From positions 512-64,511 of the forward strand of contig CALVZA010000001.1 in assembly GCA_944372415.1 (NCBI GenBank): a stretch of DNA of 64,000 nucleotides. Direction: 5' to 3'. Made by a program: the position numbers and the translations under genes. Shown here piece after piece: positions 1 through 9,271 of the stretch (position 1 is its first letter; each line of letters begins with the position of its first letter). The stretch is from an uncultured Bacilli bacterium (lineage in GTDB: Bacteria; Bacillota_I; Bacilli_A; RF39; UBA660). The notes below the pieces were generated by a model. The model saw nothing but the letters and a program-made list of their open reading frames with translations, had not been told where the DNA came from and ran no database searches.

Positions 1-215
1 GAGATTATGTTAAACAGGCTAAACAAATGGCTGAAGAAGGTAAAATATCTTTAAGAAATATAAGACAAGATGCAAATACTCAAATTAAAAATGGAGAATT
101 TACAGAAGACGAAAAAGATAACTTAATGGAAGATGTACAAGAATTAATAAATAAATATAATAAAAAAATAGATGAAATCTTTAATGAAAAAGAAAAAGAA
201 TTAATGGCTATTTAA
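1..215 (+). CDS. frr: ribosome recycling factor, C-terminal fragment (5' end upstream of window; frame starts at nt 3)
   Basis: ORF open to the window edge. Translation DYVKQAKQMAEEGKISLRNIRQDANTQIK...NEKEKELMAI matches the conserved Frr C-terminal region. Confidence 0.85.
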   Translation, partial: DYVKQAKQMAEEGKISLRNIRQDANTQIKNGEFTEDEKDNLMEDVQELINKYNKKIDEIFNEKEKELMAI

Positions 216-230
216 AAAATAAATTTAAAT

Positions 231-260
231 AAACACATATCATTATGATGTGTTTTTTTT
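231..260 (+). terminator. intrinsic terminator after frr
   Basis: Imperfect hairpin (acacatatca / tgatgtgt) followed by a T8 run. Confidence 0.6.
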
Positions 261-343
261 AGAAAAAATATATAATATACTTTATTTATAATTGAGATTA
301 TTTACTATTAATGATAAAATATATGTGTCTAGGAGTGAATTTT

Positions 344-592
344 ATGGATAATACAAATTTATTTAAAATAAGCGATATAGAAAATGCACTAGTTAGTAAA
401 ACTTTAATAGAAGTATATAGAAGTTTAGAAAGTAGAGGATATAATCCTACAAGTCAAATAATAGGTTATTTAATTACAGGAGACCCAGGATATATTACAA
501 GTTTTGAAGGTGCTCGTGATAAAATGACTGACATAGATAGAGAAAAACTATTAGAAATAATATTAAAAGATTATATGAAAAATAACTTATGA
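344..592 (+). CDS. ireB: IreB/YrzL family protein (UPF0297)
   Basis: ATG at 344 lies behind AGGAG at 331. Motif RGYNPTSQIIGYLITGDPGYITS is typical of UPF0297. Conserved position directly upstream of ruvX. Confidence 0.85.
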   Translation: MDNTNLFKISDIENALVSKTLIEVYRSLESRGYNPTSQIIGYLITGDPGYITSFEGARDKMTDIDREKLLEIILKDYMKNNL

Positions 593-1002
593 AATATTTA
601 GGCTTAGATTTAGGAACAAAAACATTAGGATTAGCAATATCTGATAATTTAGGAATACTTGCAAGTCCATATAAAGTACTAAGGTATGACGATACTAACA
701 AACTAATAGAAGAACTACTACATATAATAAAAGTAGAAAAAATAGATGAATTAGTATTGGGCTTACCTAAAAATATGAATAACTCACTAGGTTTTGCTAG
801 TGAAAGAAGTTTAAAATTTAAAAGTCTTTTAGAAACTAAATGTAATTTAAAAATAAATTTAGTAGATGAAAGATTAAGTACAGTAGAAGCAGAAAATATT
901 TTAATAAGTACTAATACATCTAGACAAAAAAGAAAAAAAGTAATAGATGCTTATGCAGCAAGTATTATTTTAGATACATTCTTAAAAAGCAAGAAAGGAT
1001 AA
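589..1002 (+). CDS. ruvX: Holliday junction resolvase-like nuclease RuvX/YqgF (pre-16S rRNA nuclease)
   Basis: N-terminus MKYLGLDLGTKTLGLAISD, length 137 aa, ATGA overlap with ireB, B. subtilis yrzL-yrrK synteny. Confidence 0.9.
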   Translation: MKYLGLDLGTKTLGLAISDNLGILASPYKVLRYDDTNKLIEELLHIIKVEKIDELVLGLPKNMNNSLGFASERSLKFKSLLETKCNLKINLVDERLSTVEAENILISTNTSRQKRKKVIDAYAASIILDTFLKSKKG

Positions 1003-1009
1003 ATTATTA

Positions 1010-1279
1010 ATGGATGAAAACGGGAAAATTATTATAAAAGATATTAATAATAATGAAATAGAGTGTGATGTTTTATTTACATTTGATAGTGAAGATACAA
1101 AAAAAAGTTATATTATCTATACAGATAATACAAAAGATGAACTTGGAAATATAAAAATTTATGCAAATACATTTGATCCCTTTAGTGATACAGGAGATTT
1201 AGGAACTATTGATACAGAAGAAGAATGGAATACAATAGAACAGATTTTTGCTAGTATAAACAATAGGAAAGAAGAATGA
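1010..1279 (+). CDS. yrzB: DUF1292 family protein (YrzB-like)
   Basis: 89 aa acidic protein with an ...IECDVLFTFDSEDTKKSYIIYTDN... pattern. Conserved position between ruvX and mltG. Confidence 0.75.
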   Translation: MDENGKIIIKDINNNEIECDVLFTFDSEDTKKSYIIYTDNTKDELGNIKIYANTFDPFSDTGDLGTIDTEEEWNTIEQIFASINNRKEE

Positions 1280-2352
1280 ATATGAATAGAAGAACTAAAA
1301 GACTAATTTTTGTACCCATTATATTAATATTTATACTGTTAATAAGTTTTATAATAATATTTATTTATAGCCTTTCACCAGTTGACGCAAAAAATGAAAC
1401 TATAGTTACATTTAATGTTGAAAAAGGTTGGGGTAAAAATAAAATTATTAGTGAACTTAAAAAAAATAATTTAATAAGAAGTGAATTCTTTAGTAAAGTA
1501 ATTATTAAATTTAAAAATAAAGAACTATATGCTGGTACATATAAATTAAGTAAAGATTTAAGTACTAATGAAATATTAAATATGATGGCAAATCAAAATA
1601 ATATAGAAAATGAAGTCATAAAAATAACTTTTGTAGAAGGAAAAAGATTAAGTAACTATGTAAAATTAATTAGTGATAACTTTAAATATACAGAAGATGA
1701 AATATATAGTAAATTATCAAATGTAGATTATTTAAATAAATTAAAAGAAAAATATTGGTTTATAACTGACGATATATTTACTGAAGGAATATATTACCCA
1801 TTAGAAGGTTACTTATACCCAGATACTTATGAATTTAAAAAAAATAGTACATTAGAAGAAATAATAGAAAAGCTTTTAGATAATATGGACAGTAAATTAT
1901 CTGATTACAAAGATGATATAGAATTAAGTAGTTATAGTGTTCACGAACTATTAACTCTTGCAAGTATTATAGAATTAGAAGGAGTTAACAGCGCTGATAG
2001 AGGAATGGTTTCAGGAGTATTTTATAATAGACTTAATACAGAAATGTCACTAGGTAGTGACGTTACAACATATTATGCAGTAAAAAAAGATTTCACAAGT
2101 GATTTAACACAAAGTGATTTAAATAGTTGTAACGGATATAACACAAGGGGAAACTGTGTTGCTGGTTTACCAGTTGGCCCAATATGTAATCCCGGTTTAT
2201 CAAGTATATCTGCCTCTATAGAACCAACAGAAAATGAATATTTTTATTTCGTTGCTGATAAAGAAAAAAAGACTTATTTTAGTAAAACAGGTGTTGAACA
2301 TCAACAGACAGTTGCTAAATTAAAAAGTGAAGGTAAGTGGTATACTTACTAG
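1276..2352 (+). CDS. mltG: endolytic murein transglycosylase MltG (YceG family)
   Basis: N-terminal TM anchor. YceG-like core (ASIIELEG, GVFYNRL, LGSDVTTYY, NTRGNCVAGLPVGPICNPG). Confidence 0.9.
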   Translation: MNMNRRTKRLIFVPIILIFILLISFIIIFIYSLSPVDAKNETIVTFNVEKGWGKNKIISELKKNNLIRSEFFSKVIIKFKNKELYAGTYKLSKDLSTNEILNMMANQNNIENEVIKITFVEGKRLSNYVKLISDNFKYTEDEIYSKLSNVDYLNKLKEKYWFITDDIFTEGIYYPLEGYLYPDTYEFKKNSTLEEIIEKLLDNMDSKLSDYKDDIELSSYSVHELLTLASIIELEGVNSADRGMVSGVFYNRLNTEMSLGSDVTTYYAVKKDFTSDLTQSDLNSCNGYNTRGNCVAGLPVGPICNPGLSSISASIEPTENEYFYFVADKEKKTYFSKTGVEHQQTVAKLKSEGKWYTY

Positions 2353-2368
2353 AATGTAGGTGGTAAAA

Positions 2369-2977
2369 ATGAAAGAATTAATTTTAGAAATGGAACATTA
2401 TGCAAGTACTAATAACGTCCCTATAATAGAATTAGATTCTATTAAATTTATAATGAAATATATTAATCTAAATAAAGTTAAAAACATATTGGAAATAGGA
2501 ACAGCTATAGGGTATTCTGCAATACTAATGGCAAATGCAAACAGTTTTTGTGAAATAACAACTATAGAAAAAGATGAAAAAAGATATAAAGAAGCAGTAA
2601 AAAATGTAAATAAAAGCGGACTAGATAAAAGAATTGAAATAGTATATAATGATGCTTTAGAAGTAAATTTATCTGGTTGTAAATATGATCTTATATTTAT
2701 AGATGCTGCTAAAGGACAATATATAAAATATTTTGATAAATTTTGTAACTATTTAAACCCAGGAGGAGTAATAATTACTGATAACTTAAAATTTCATGGC
2801 TTAGTAAAAAATAAAGATTTAATTAAATCTAGAAATGTAAAAGGAATAGTTAATAAAATAGAAAAATATATAGAATATTTAAAATCAAATAAAGAATATA
2901 TTACTAAGTTTTATGATATTGGAGATGGCTTATCAGTAAGCTTTAGAAGAAATGAAAAAAGAAAAGATATTGATTAA
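2369..2977 (+). CDS. trmR: SAM-dependent O-methyltransferase, YrrM/TrmR-like (tRNA ho5U34 methyltransferase)
   Basis: ATG at 2369 after GTAGGTGG. Class I methyltransferase motif ILEIGTAIGYSAILMA and DLIFIDAAK. Synteny with yrrN/yrrO. Confidence 0.75.
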   Translation: MKELILEMEHYASTNNVPIIELDSIKFIMKYINLNKVKNILEIGTAIGYSAILMANANSFCEITTIEKDEKRYKEAVKNVNKSGLDKRIEIVYNDALEVNLSGCKYDLIFIDAAKGQYIKYFDKFCNYLNPGGVIITDNLKFHGLVKNKDLIKSRNVKGIVNKIEKYIEYLKSNKEYITKFYDIGDGLSVSFRRNEKRKDID

Positions 2978-3749
2978 TATAGAAAATTTAAATGATATTG
3001 AAAAATATAAGAAAATTGGTATAAACAATTTTCTTTTTGCAGTAGATAACTTTAGTATAGGTTATAACACGTTTAAAATAACAGACTTAATTAATCTTGA
3101 TATAAAAAAATATTTGCTAATTAATAGAATATTTAATAATGAAGACTGTGAAAACTTTAAAACATTAATACCATTACTTAAAAATTTTGATGGTATAATA
3201 TTCGAAGATATAGCAGTATATAATATGTTAAAGAATTATAATATTACTCTTATATGGAACCAAAATCACTTTGCAACAAATTATTCATCAATAAACTATT
3301 GGTTAGAACTTACTAATAGTGCAGTAATTTCTAACGAATTAACTATTGATGAAGTTAAAGTTATATTAAATAAAACAACAAAACCATTAATACTAAATAT
3401 ATTTGGAAAAAATCCTGTAATGTATTCTAGAAGAACACTATTAACAAATTTTAATACTTATTTTAATTTAAAAACAAATAAAAAAGTAATATTAGAAGAA
3501 CCAATAACAAATAATGAATTTATAGTAAAGGAAACAGATAAAGGAACATTTATTTTAAATAATAAATACTTTAATATAATAGATTATTTAAAAAATATAA
3601 ATGATGAAAAAATATTATTTTATTTAATTTACCCAGATGGACTTAATAGTGATGAAATAAATAAAGTGCTAGAAAATAAATCAAATATAGAAACTAATAG
3701 TGGTTTTATGAATAAAAAAACAATATATAAGTTAGGGGTGAAGAAATGA
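2952..3749 (+). CDS. yrrN: peptidase U32 family protein, YrrN/TrhP1-like
   Basis: 265 aa. Overlaps trmR and is coupled to the downstream U32 gene. Position identical to B. subtilis yrrN. Confidence 0.65.
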   Translation: MKKEKILINIENLNDIEKYKKIGINNFLFAVDNFSIGYNTFKITDLINLDIKKYLLINRIFNNEDCENFKTLIPLLKNFDGIIFEDIAVYNMLKNYNITLIWNQNHFATNYSSINYWLELTNSAVISNELTIDEVKVILNKTTKPLILNIFGKNPVMYSRRTLLTNFNTYFNLKTNKKVILEEPITNNEFIVKETDKGTFILNNKYFNIIDYLKNINDEKILFYLIYPDGLNSDEINKVLENKSNIETNSGFMNKKTIYKLGVKK

Positions 3750-4939
3750 TAGAATTACTTAGCCCAGCAGGAGATTTAGAAAAATTAAAATTTGCGTGTC
3801 TTTATGGTACTGATGCAGTATATATAGGAGGTAGAAATTTTAGTTTAAGAGCAAATGCTAAAAATTTTAGCAATGAAGAAATAAAAACTGCAGTAGATTA
3901 TGCCCACAACTTAAATAAGAAAATATATGTAACAGTAAATATAGTATTTCATAACGAAGAACTAGAAGGTTTAAAAGAATATTTATTATATTTAGATAGA
4001 ATAAATGTTGATGGAATAATAGTAAGTGATATTACTGTAATAAAATTACATAAAGAACTTAACTTAAAACTTGAATTACATATAAGTACACAGGCAAGTA
4101 TAACTAATAGTGAAGCCGCCTTATTTTATAAAGACTTAGGTGCTAAAAGAGTAGTTTTAGCAAGAGAATGTAGTAAAGAAGATATAAAAGAAATAAAACA
4201 AAAAACTAATCTTGATTTAGAAGCATTTATACATGGAGCAATGTGTACTAGTATAAGTGGAAGATGTATACTATCTAATTATTGTACTAACAGAGACTCT
4301 AACCGTGGAGGTTGTGCTCAAATATGCAGGTGGGAGTTTAACTACCTAGATGAGAACAAAAATAAAATAACACAGACACCATTTAGTATGACACCAAAAG
4401 ATTTAAATATGGTTCCATTTATAGAAGAAATGATAGATGTTGGTATAAACTCATTTAAAATAGAAGGAAGAATGCGTAGCGTTTATTATATTGCTACAGT
4501 AATACTTATATATAGGAGATTAATAGAAAAAATTGTAAATAAAACTATAACTCCTGCATATACTAATTATTGTCTAAATATATTGAATAGATGTGCTAAT
4601 AGAGAATCTGTTCCGCAATTTTTTGATAAATTGCCTACACATAATGAACAATATTATTTAGGAAGACAAGAATTATCTAACCAAGACTTCCTAGGCTTAG
4701 TACTAGACTATAAAGACGGAATTGCAATTATAGAACAAAGAAATAATTTTTCAGTTGGAACAATAGTACAATTTTTTGGCCCAAATATAGAAACTTTTAA
4801 TTATGAAATAAAAGAAATATATAACGAATTTGACAAAGTTATAGATGTAGCGAGACATCCCCAAATGATAATAAAATTAAAGGTAGATAAGTACTTAAAT
4901 AAATATGATATGATGCGTTTAAAAGTGTTTGACATTTAG
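3746..4939 (+). CDS. yrrO: peptidase U32 family protein, YrrO/TrhP2-like (tRNA U34 hydroxylation)
   Basis: MIELLSPAGDLEKLKFACLYGTDAVYIGG start. Cys-rich GAMCTSISGRCILSNYCTNRDSNRGGCAQICR and FKIEGRMRS U32 signatures. Confidence 0.85.
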   Translation: MIELLSPAGDLEKLKFACLYGTDAVYIGGRNFSLRANAKNFSNEEIKTAVDYAHNLNKKIYVTVNIVFHNEELEGLKEYLLYLDRINVDGIIVSDITVIKLHKELNLKLELHISTQASITNSEAALFYKDLGAKRVVLARECSKEDIKEIKQKTNLDLEAFIHGAMCTSISGRCILSNYCTNRDSNRGGCAQICRWEFNYLDENKNKITQTPFSMTPKDLNMVPFIEEMIDVGINSFKIEGRMRSVYYIATVILIYRRLIEKIVNKTITPAYTNYCLNILNRCANRESVPQFFDKLPTHNEQYYLGRQELSNQDFLGLVLDYKDGIAIIEQRNNFSVGTIVQFFGPNIETFNYEIKEIYNEFDKVIDVARHPQMIIKLKVDKYLNKYDMMRLKVFDI

Positions 4940-5004
4940 TCTATTTTGTAGTAATCTTATGACTATGTTAAAATTATTAACAAATGATTTGAAAGGTGAT
5001 TTTA

Positions 5005-5475
5005 ATGAGACAAAAAAAAGAATTTTTATTAACAAGTGAAGGTTTTTTAGAATTAGAAACTGAACTAAATAAGTTAAAAAATAATGAAAGACCAAGAATA
5101 ATCGAAGCTATAAAAGAAGCTCGTGCACAAGGGGATTTATCAGAAAATGCTGACTATGATGCTGCTCGTGACGAACAAGCAAAAATTGAGGCTAGAATAC
5201 AAGAGTTAGAATATATGTTAGAACATGCTAAGATAATAGAAAAAAAATCAGGAGACATAGTATCTGTTGGAACAACAGTAACAGTTAAATATGTTGATGA
5301 TGACGAAGAAGAAATATATTCTATAGTTGGTTCTATGGAAGCAGATCCATTCGAAAATAAAATCTCAAATGAATCTCCTATCGGTAAAGCAATAATGAAT
5401 AAAAAAGTAGGAGATTTAATAAGTGTTGAAAGCCCTAATGGTAGCTACGAAATTAAAATAGTTAAAATTGCATAA
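5005..5475 (+). CDS. greA: transcription elongation factor GreA
   Basis: ATG at 5005 after AAAGGTGA. AQGDLSENADYDAARDEQ coiled-coil motif and a C-terminal FKBP-like domain. Confidence 0.95.
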   Translation: MRQKKEFLLTSEGFLELETELNKLKNNERPRIIEAIKEARAQGDLSENADYDAARDEQAKIEARIQELEYMLEHAKIIEKKSGDIVSVGTTVTVKYVDDDEEEIYSIVGSMEADPFENKISNESPIGKAIMNKKVGDLISVESPNGSYEIKIVKIA

Positions 5476-5523
5476 AAAATTAAAAAAAATTAAAAAAATT
5501 TTAAAAAAATTTTAAATTAACTA

Positions 5524-5552
5524 TTGCATTGTAAATAATTTTTTGTTACAAT
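5524..5552 (+). promoter_or_regulatory. sigma-A type promoter (TTGCAT-17-TACAAT with TGT extended -10)
   Basis: TTGCAT at 5524-5529, 17-nt spacer, TGTTACAAT ending at 5552. Confidence 0.5.
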
Positions 5553-5558
5553 TTAAAT

Positions 5559-5650
5559 GTAGTAAGAAATTACTACGACTACTTATTATTATGGTAGTTT
5601 TCTATTCATGGGGACTATAAATCAAATTTGCGATTTATAGTCTTTTTTTT
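5559..5650 (+). ncRNA. candidate ~90-nt small RNA or terminator-containing leader upstream of yqfC
   Basis: Bounded by the promoter above and a strong intrinsic terminator. Two small 5' hairpins (gtagta/tactac 5559-5576; actac/gtagt). No family recognised. Confidence 0.3.
5613..5650 (+). terminator. intrinsic terminator (also the only terminator downstream of greA)
   Basis: 11-bp perfect stem gactataaatc/gatttatagtc, 8-nt loop, T8 run. Confidence 0.8.
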
Positions 5651-5675
5651 GCATATAATTAATTGGTGAATACTA

Positions 5676-5915
5676 GTGCTAGAAATATTTAAAAATTACT
5701 TAACAGGAGAAGATTACTATATAATAATATATTCTAATTATGTATATATATATAAATATCAAGAAATTATAAAATTTACAGATAAATTTATATGTTTAAA
5801 ACTTAAAAAATTAAAAATAAATATTATAGGTAATGATTTACTAATAACAAAAATGGAAAAAAACGAATTATTAATAAAAGGTTATATAAGTAAATTGGAG
5901 AAAATATATGAATAA
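5676..5915 (+). CDS. yqfC: sporulation protein YqfC
   Basis: 79 aa, GTG start after GGTGA. Pattern IYKYQEIIKFTD..I.L......I.I.G..L.I......ELLIKG.I like YqfC. Overlaps and precedes yqfD. Confidence 0.6.
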   Translation: MLEIFKNYLTGEDYYIIIYSNYVYIYKYQEIIKFTDKFICLKLKKLKINIIGNDLLITKMEKNELLIKGYISKLEKIYE

Positions 5916-7038
5916 ATTTATTCTAATTGAAGTTAATAATAATATAAAAAAATTTTTAGAAAAATGTAATAAATATAATATAGAATTATTTAATATAAAT
6001 TATATTAATAAAGATAAAATAATAGTAAAAATAAATAAAAACGATTATAAAATTATTAAAAGATATAATTATTACTCTGATATTAATATATATAAAAGTT
6101 TAGGAATAGATAATATAAAAGAAAAAATATTTAAATTAAAATATTTTATATTATTATTTTTAGTATGTATTATATCCATGTATGTAGTTTCTAATATAAT
6201 TTTTAAAATAAACGTGATACACAGTAATAAACACATAAGAGAATTAGTTAAAGAAGAATTAGAAAATTATGGGATAAAAAAATATAGTTTAAAAAAGGAT
6301 TTTAATAAATTAGAAGAAATTAAAAAAAATATACTAGAAAATAATAAAGATAAATTAGAATGGATTAGTATTACTAATATTGGTATGACTTATGTAGTTA
6401 GAGTAGAAGAAAGAATAATTGATAATATTATAAAAGAAGACGAATATTGTAATGTTATTTCTACTAAAGAAGCATTAATAACAAATATATATAGCACTAG
6501 TGGAGATATATTAGTAAATGTAAATGATATAGTAAAACCTAATGATCTATTAATAAGTGGTAATTTAGTTTTAAATGAAGAAGTTAAAGGATATACTTGT
6601 GCTAATGGTGTAGTATTAGGAAAAGTTTGGTATAATACTAATATATCTTTAAAAAGAGAATATTTAAAAAAAGAATATACTGGTAAAACAAGATTTAATT
6701 TTACTATAAATAATAAAGTATTAAGAAGTAATAAATATAATAAATATGATAAAAAATATATAATTAAAACTAAATTTTTTACTTTATATAAAGAAAGAGA
6801 ATATATAGAAAAAAAATATAAATATACTGAATCAGAAAGTATAAAAAAAGCTTTATTAGAAATAGACAATAAATTTAAATTAAAATTAAATGATAATGGT
6901 AAAGTATTATCTAAAAAAATATTAAATAAAGAAATAAATGATAATGAAATAAATATTGAAGTATTTGTTATTACAGAAGAAAATATTGGGAAAAAAATTA
7001 AATTAAATATAGAAGATATAAATAATGAAACTAATTGA
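5908..7038 (+). CDS. yqfD: sporulation protein YqfD (stage IV)
   Basis: 376 aa with a single TM about 85-105 aa in. Domain layout and yqfC-yqfD pairing as in Bacilli/Clostridia. Confidence 0.7.
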   Translation: MNKFILIEVNNNIKKFLEKCNKYNIELFNINYINKDKIIVKINKNDYKIIKRYNYYSDINIYKSLGIDNIKEKIFKLKYFILLFLVCIISMYVVSNIIFKINVIHSNKHIRELVKEELENYGIKKYSLKKDFNKLEEIKKNILENNKDKLEWISITNIGMTYVVRVEERIIDNIIKEDEYCNVISTKEALITNIYSTSGDILVNVNDIVKPNDLLISGNLVLNEEVKGYTCANGVVLGKVWYNTNISLKREYLKKEYTGKTRFNFTINNKVLRSNKYNKYDKKYIIKTKFFTLYKEREYIEKKYKYTESESIKKALLEIDNKFKLKLNDNGKVLSKKILNKEINDNEINIEVFVITEENIGKKIKLNIEDINNETN

Positions 7039-7071
7039 ATATGATATAATTTAAATATAGAGGAGTTATAT

Positions 7072-7326
7072 ATGATTGAAATAAAGTTTGATGAATATAA
7101 TAATAAATCAGTTGCATATGATAATAATATTAAAATAGGAGAATGTGCTTTTATAGAAGATGGCATGTATTGGAATATAGTTCATACAGAAGTTGATAGT
7201 TTGTATCAAGGACATGGTATTGCAAGAAAATTAGTAGAAGAAGTAATAGAAAATGGCAAAAAACATAATAAAAAAATAATAGCAGATTGTTCTTATGCAA
7301 AGAAAATAATAAAATTTATGAATTAA
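7072..7326 (+). CDS. small GNAT-fold N-acetyltransferase (YjdJ-like)
   Basis: 84 aa; ...HTEVDSLYQGHGIARKLVEEVIENGKKHNKKIIADCSYAKK resembles the minimal GNAT (Acetyltransf_CG-like) family. Confidence 0.6.
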   Translation: MIEIKFDEYNNKSVAYDNNIKIGECAFIEDGMYWNIVHTEVDSLYQGHGIARKLVEEVIENGKKHNKKIIADCSYAKKIIKFMN

Positions 7327-7448
7327 AATTAAGTATTATTTTTTATAAATAGTACTTTTATTATAAGTTAGTGTAGAAAAAATATATAAAAAATAGTACA
7401 ATATATATAGTTATTAGCAGTAAATTTTTTAAAGAAAGATGTGTTAAT

Positions 7449-8066
7449 ATGATACCAAATGAAGTTAATATTGTTTTAAAAGATATCTGGCCAATGCTTT
7501 TGTTATTTAGTATAGTATTATTTTTAATAAGAATAACAGATATAATAATTAATAAAAAAAGATTAATATTTTATAAAGATTTATATATTTTTTTATTTAT
7601 TATATATATGTTTTTATTATTTGAATTAGTAACAAGTACTGACTTTGAAAGTTATTCTAATAATTTTATACCGTTTAAAGAAATATCAAGATATAATTAT
7701 ACAAGTTCATTATTTTATAAGAATGTGTTAGGTAATGTATTACTATTCATTCCATTTGGTTATTTTGTTAATACTATATTAAAAAATAAAAAAATAATAA
7801 TATGTATGTTAATTACTACTATAACATCTTTAAGTATAGAACTTATACAAATGAATATAGGTAGAAGTTTTGATATAGACGATATATTATTAAATATATG
7901 TGGTGGAATATTAGGTTATATTATATATAGAATTATAGATTATATAAAAGATAAATTACCATTATATTTAAAAAAAGAATGGATATATAATGTTTTATGG
8001 ATAATTATTTTATTATTTAGTTCATTATTTTTATTAAATTATTATGGTATTTTGGAGGTATTATGA
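7449..8066 (+). CDS. VanZ family membrane protein
   Basis: Multi-TM protein. NFIPFK..., NVLLFIPFGYF, SIELIQ...GRSFDIDDILLNICGGILGY are VanZ-like motifs. Confidence 0.75.
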   Translation: MIPNEVNIVLKDIWPMLLLFSIVLFLIRITDIIINKKRLIFYKDLYIFLFIIYMFLLFELVTSTDFESYSNNFIPFKEISRYNYTSSLFYKNVLGNVLLFIPFGYFVNTILKNKKIIICMLITTITSLSIELIQMNIGRSFDIDDILLNICGGILGYIIYRIIDYIKDKLPLYLKKEWIYNVLWIIILLFSSLFLLNYYGILEVL

Positions 8067-8497
8067 ATACAGAATATGATATTATAGATAACTATGGTTA
8101 TAGTAATTATGAATATTTATATAAAGTTATAGATTATACAATAAAAAAATTAAATATATGTAATAGTGTATTTTGTGTAATATTTATTGATGATGAAGAA
8201 ATGCACAAAATAAATTTAAGTTATAGAGGTATTGATAGAACTACTGATGTATTATCATTTGCGTTAAATGATAATAAACATATTGAAACAGAAGTTAATA
8301 GTTTAGGAGATATTTTTATTTCAATACCAAAAATGATCAGTCAAGCAAAAGACTATAATCATTCTGAAAAAAGAGAATTATCATTTTTAACAGTTCATGG
8401 TTTATTACATTTATTAGGCTATGATCATATGAACAAAAGTGATGAAGAAATAATGTTTAACTTACAAAAAGAAATACTTGATGAACTAGGAATATAA
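8063..8497 (+). CDS. ybeY: rRNA maturation endoribonuclease YbeY
   Basis: HGLLHLLGYDH zinc motif, TDVLSF motif, 144 aa. Confidence 0.95.
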   Translation: MNTEYDIIDNYGYSNYEYLYKVIDYTIKKLNICNSVFCVIFIDDEEMHKINLSYRGIDRTTDVLSFALNDNKHIETEVNSLGDIFISIPKMISQAKDYNHSEKRELSFLTVHGLLHLLGYDHMNKSDEEIMFNLQKEILDELGI

Positions 8498-8508
8498 GAG
8501 GTGGAAAA

Positions 8509-8901
8509 ATGTATAAAAAATTGTGTGATTTAATAAACAACAGCTATTCAAATATTAGTGGATATAAAGTGGCATGTATCGTAAAAATGAAAGACGGAAA
8601 ATATTTTAATGGAGTAAATGTAGAAAATGCTTCGTTTAAAGATGGGCTTTGTGCAGAACAAGTAGCAATTGGAAGTGCTATAACAGAAGGGTATACAAAA
8701 GATAGTTTTGATAAACTTTATCTACTCGGGAGTAGTAAACACCCAATAACACCATGTTTTCTATGTAGACAACTGCTAGTAGAGTTTTTCTCTAAAGATG
8801 CTGAAATAATAACTTACGACCAAACAGGAGAATATACAAAATATAAAATTAAAGACTTGTGTCCATACTCATTTAAAAGTGGTGATTTATATGATAAGTG
8901 A
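8509..8901 (+). CDS. cdd: cytidine deaminase
   Basis: CAEQVAI (Cys/Glu) and PCFLCRQ (PCxxC) zinc/catalytic motifs, 130 aa. Confidence 0.9.
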   Translation: MYKKLCDLINNSYSNISGYKVACIVKMKDGKYFNGVNVENASFKDGLCAEQVAIGSAITEGYTKDSFDKLYLLGSSKHPITPCFLCRQLLVEFFSKDAEIITYDQTGEYTKYKIKDLCPYSFKSGDLYDK

Positions 8902-9259
8902 ATTAAAAGAACTACTAAAAAATTCTTACTCTCCTTATGATGATAAATGTTTTGCTTGTATTGTCTTAATGAAAGATAATAAAAAATTTAAAGGTGTTAC
9001 TGTAAAAAATGCAACATATAGAGACGGAATATATGCAGAACAAATAGCAATAGCACAAGCAGTAACAGAGGGTTATAAATATGGAGACTTTGAAAAATTA
9101 TATTTAATGACCAGTTCAGATGAAATAAGTGATTTAAAATATTTAAACGAAAGAGTAATAACAGAATTCTTTGAACCAATGAAAAGTGTTATTTTATATA
9201 CTCATAACGAAGATAATAGAGTTTTAAAAGTAGGAAATTTATATAATAACATATACTAA
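8891..9259 (+). CDS. cytidine-deaminase-like paralog lacking all three zinc-ligand cysteines
   Basis: Colinear with the upstream Cdd, but CAE becomes YAEQIAI and PCxxC becomes LKYLNERV. ATG at 8891 after AGTGGTGA; 11-nt overlap with cdd. Confidence 0.7.
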   Translation: MISELKELLKNSYSPYDDKCFACIVLMKDNKKFKGVTVKNATYRDGIYAEQIAIAQAVTEGYKYGDFEKLYLMTSSDEISDLKYLNERVITEFFEPMKSVILYTHNEDNRVLKVGNLYNNIY

Positions 9260-9271
9260 AGGAGGAAAAAA

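Noticed and set aside
5476-5520. The AAAAAATT-like reiterations directly after greA, considered as a tandem repeat or regulatory array.
   Set aside because: This is an irregular low-complexity A/T tract without a fixed period, consistent with background composition.
6390-7166. A 258-aa minus-strand ORF antisense to yqfD.
   Set aside because: Low-complexity Ser/Leu/Ile/Phe-rich translation, typical of the antisense frame of AT-rich coding DNA. It has no RBS and is fully contained in a well-supported + strand gene.
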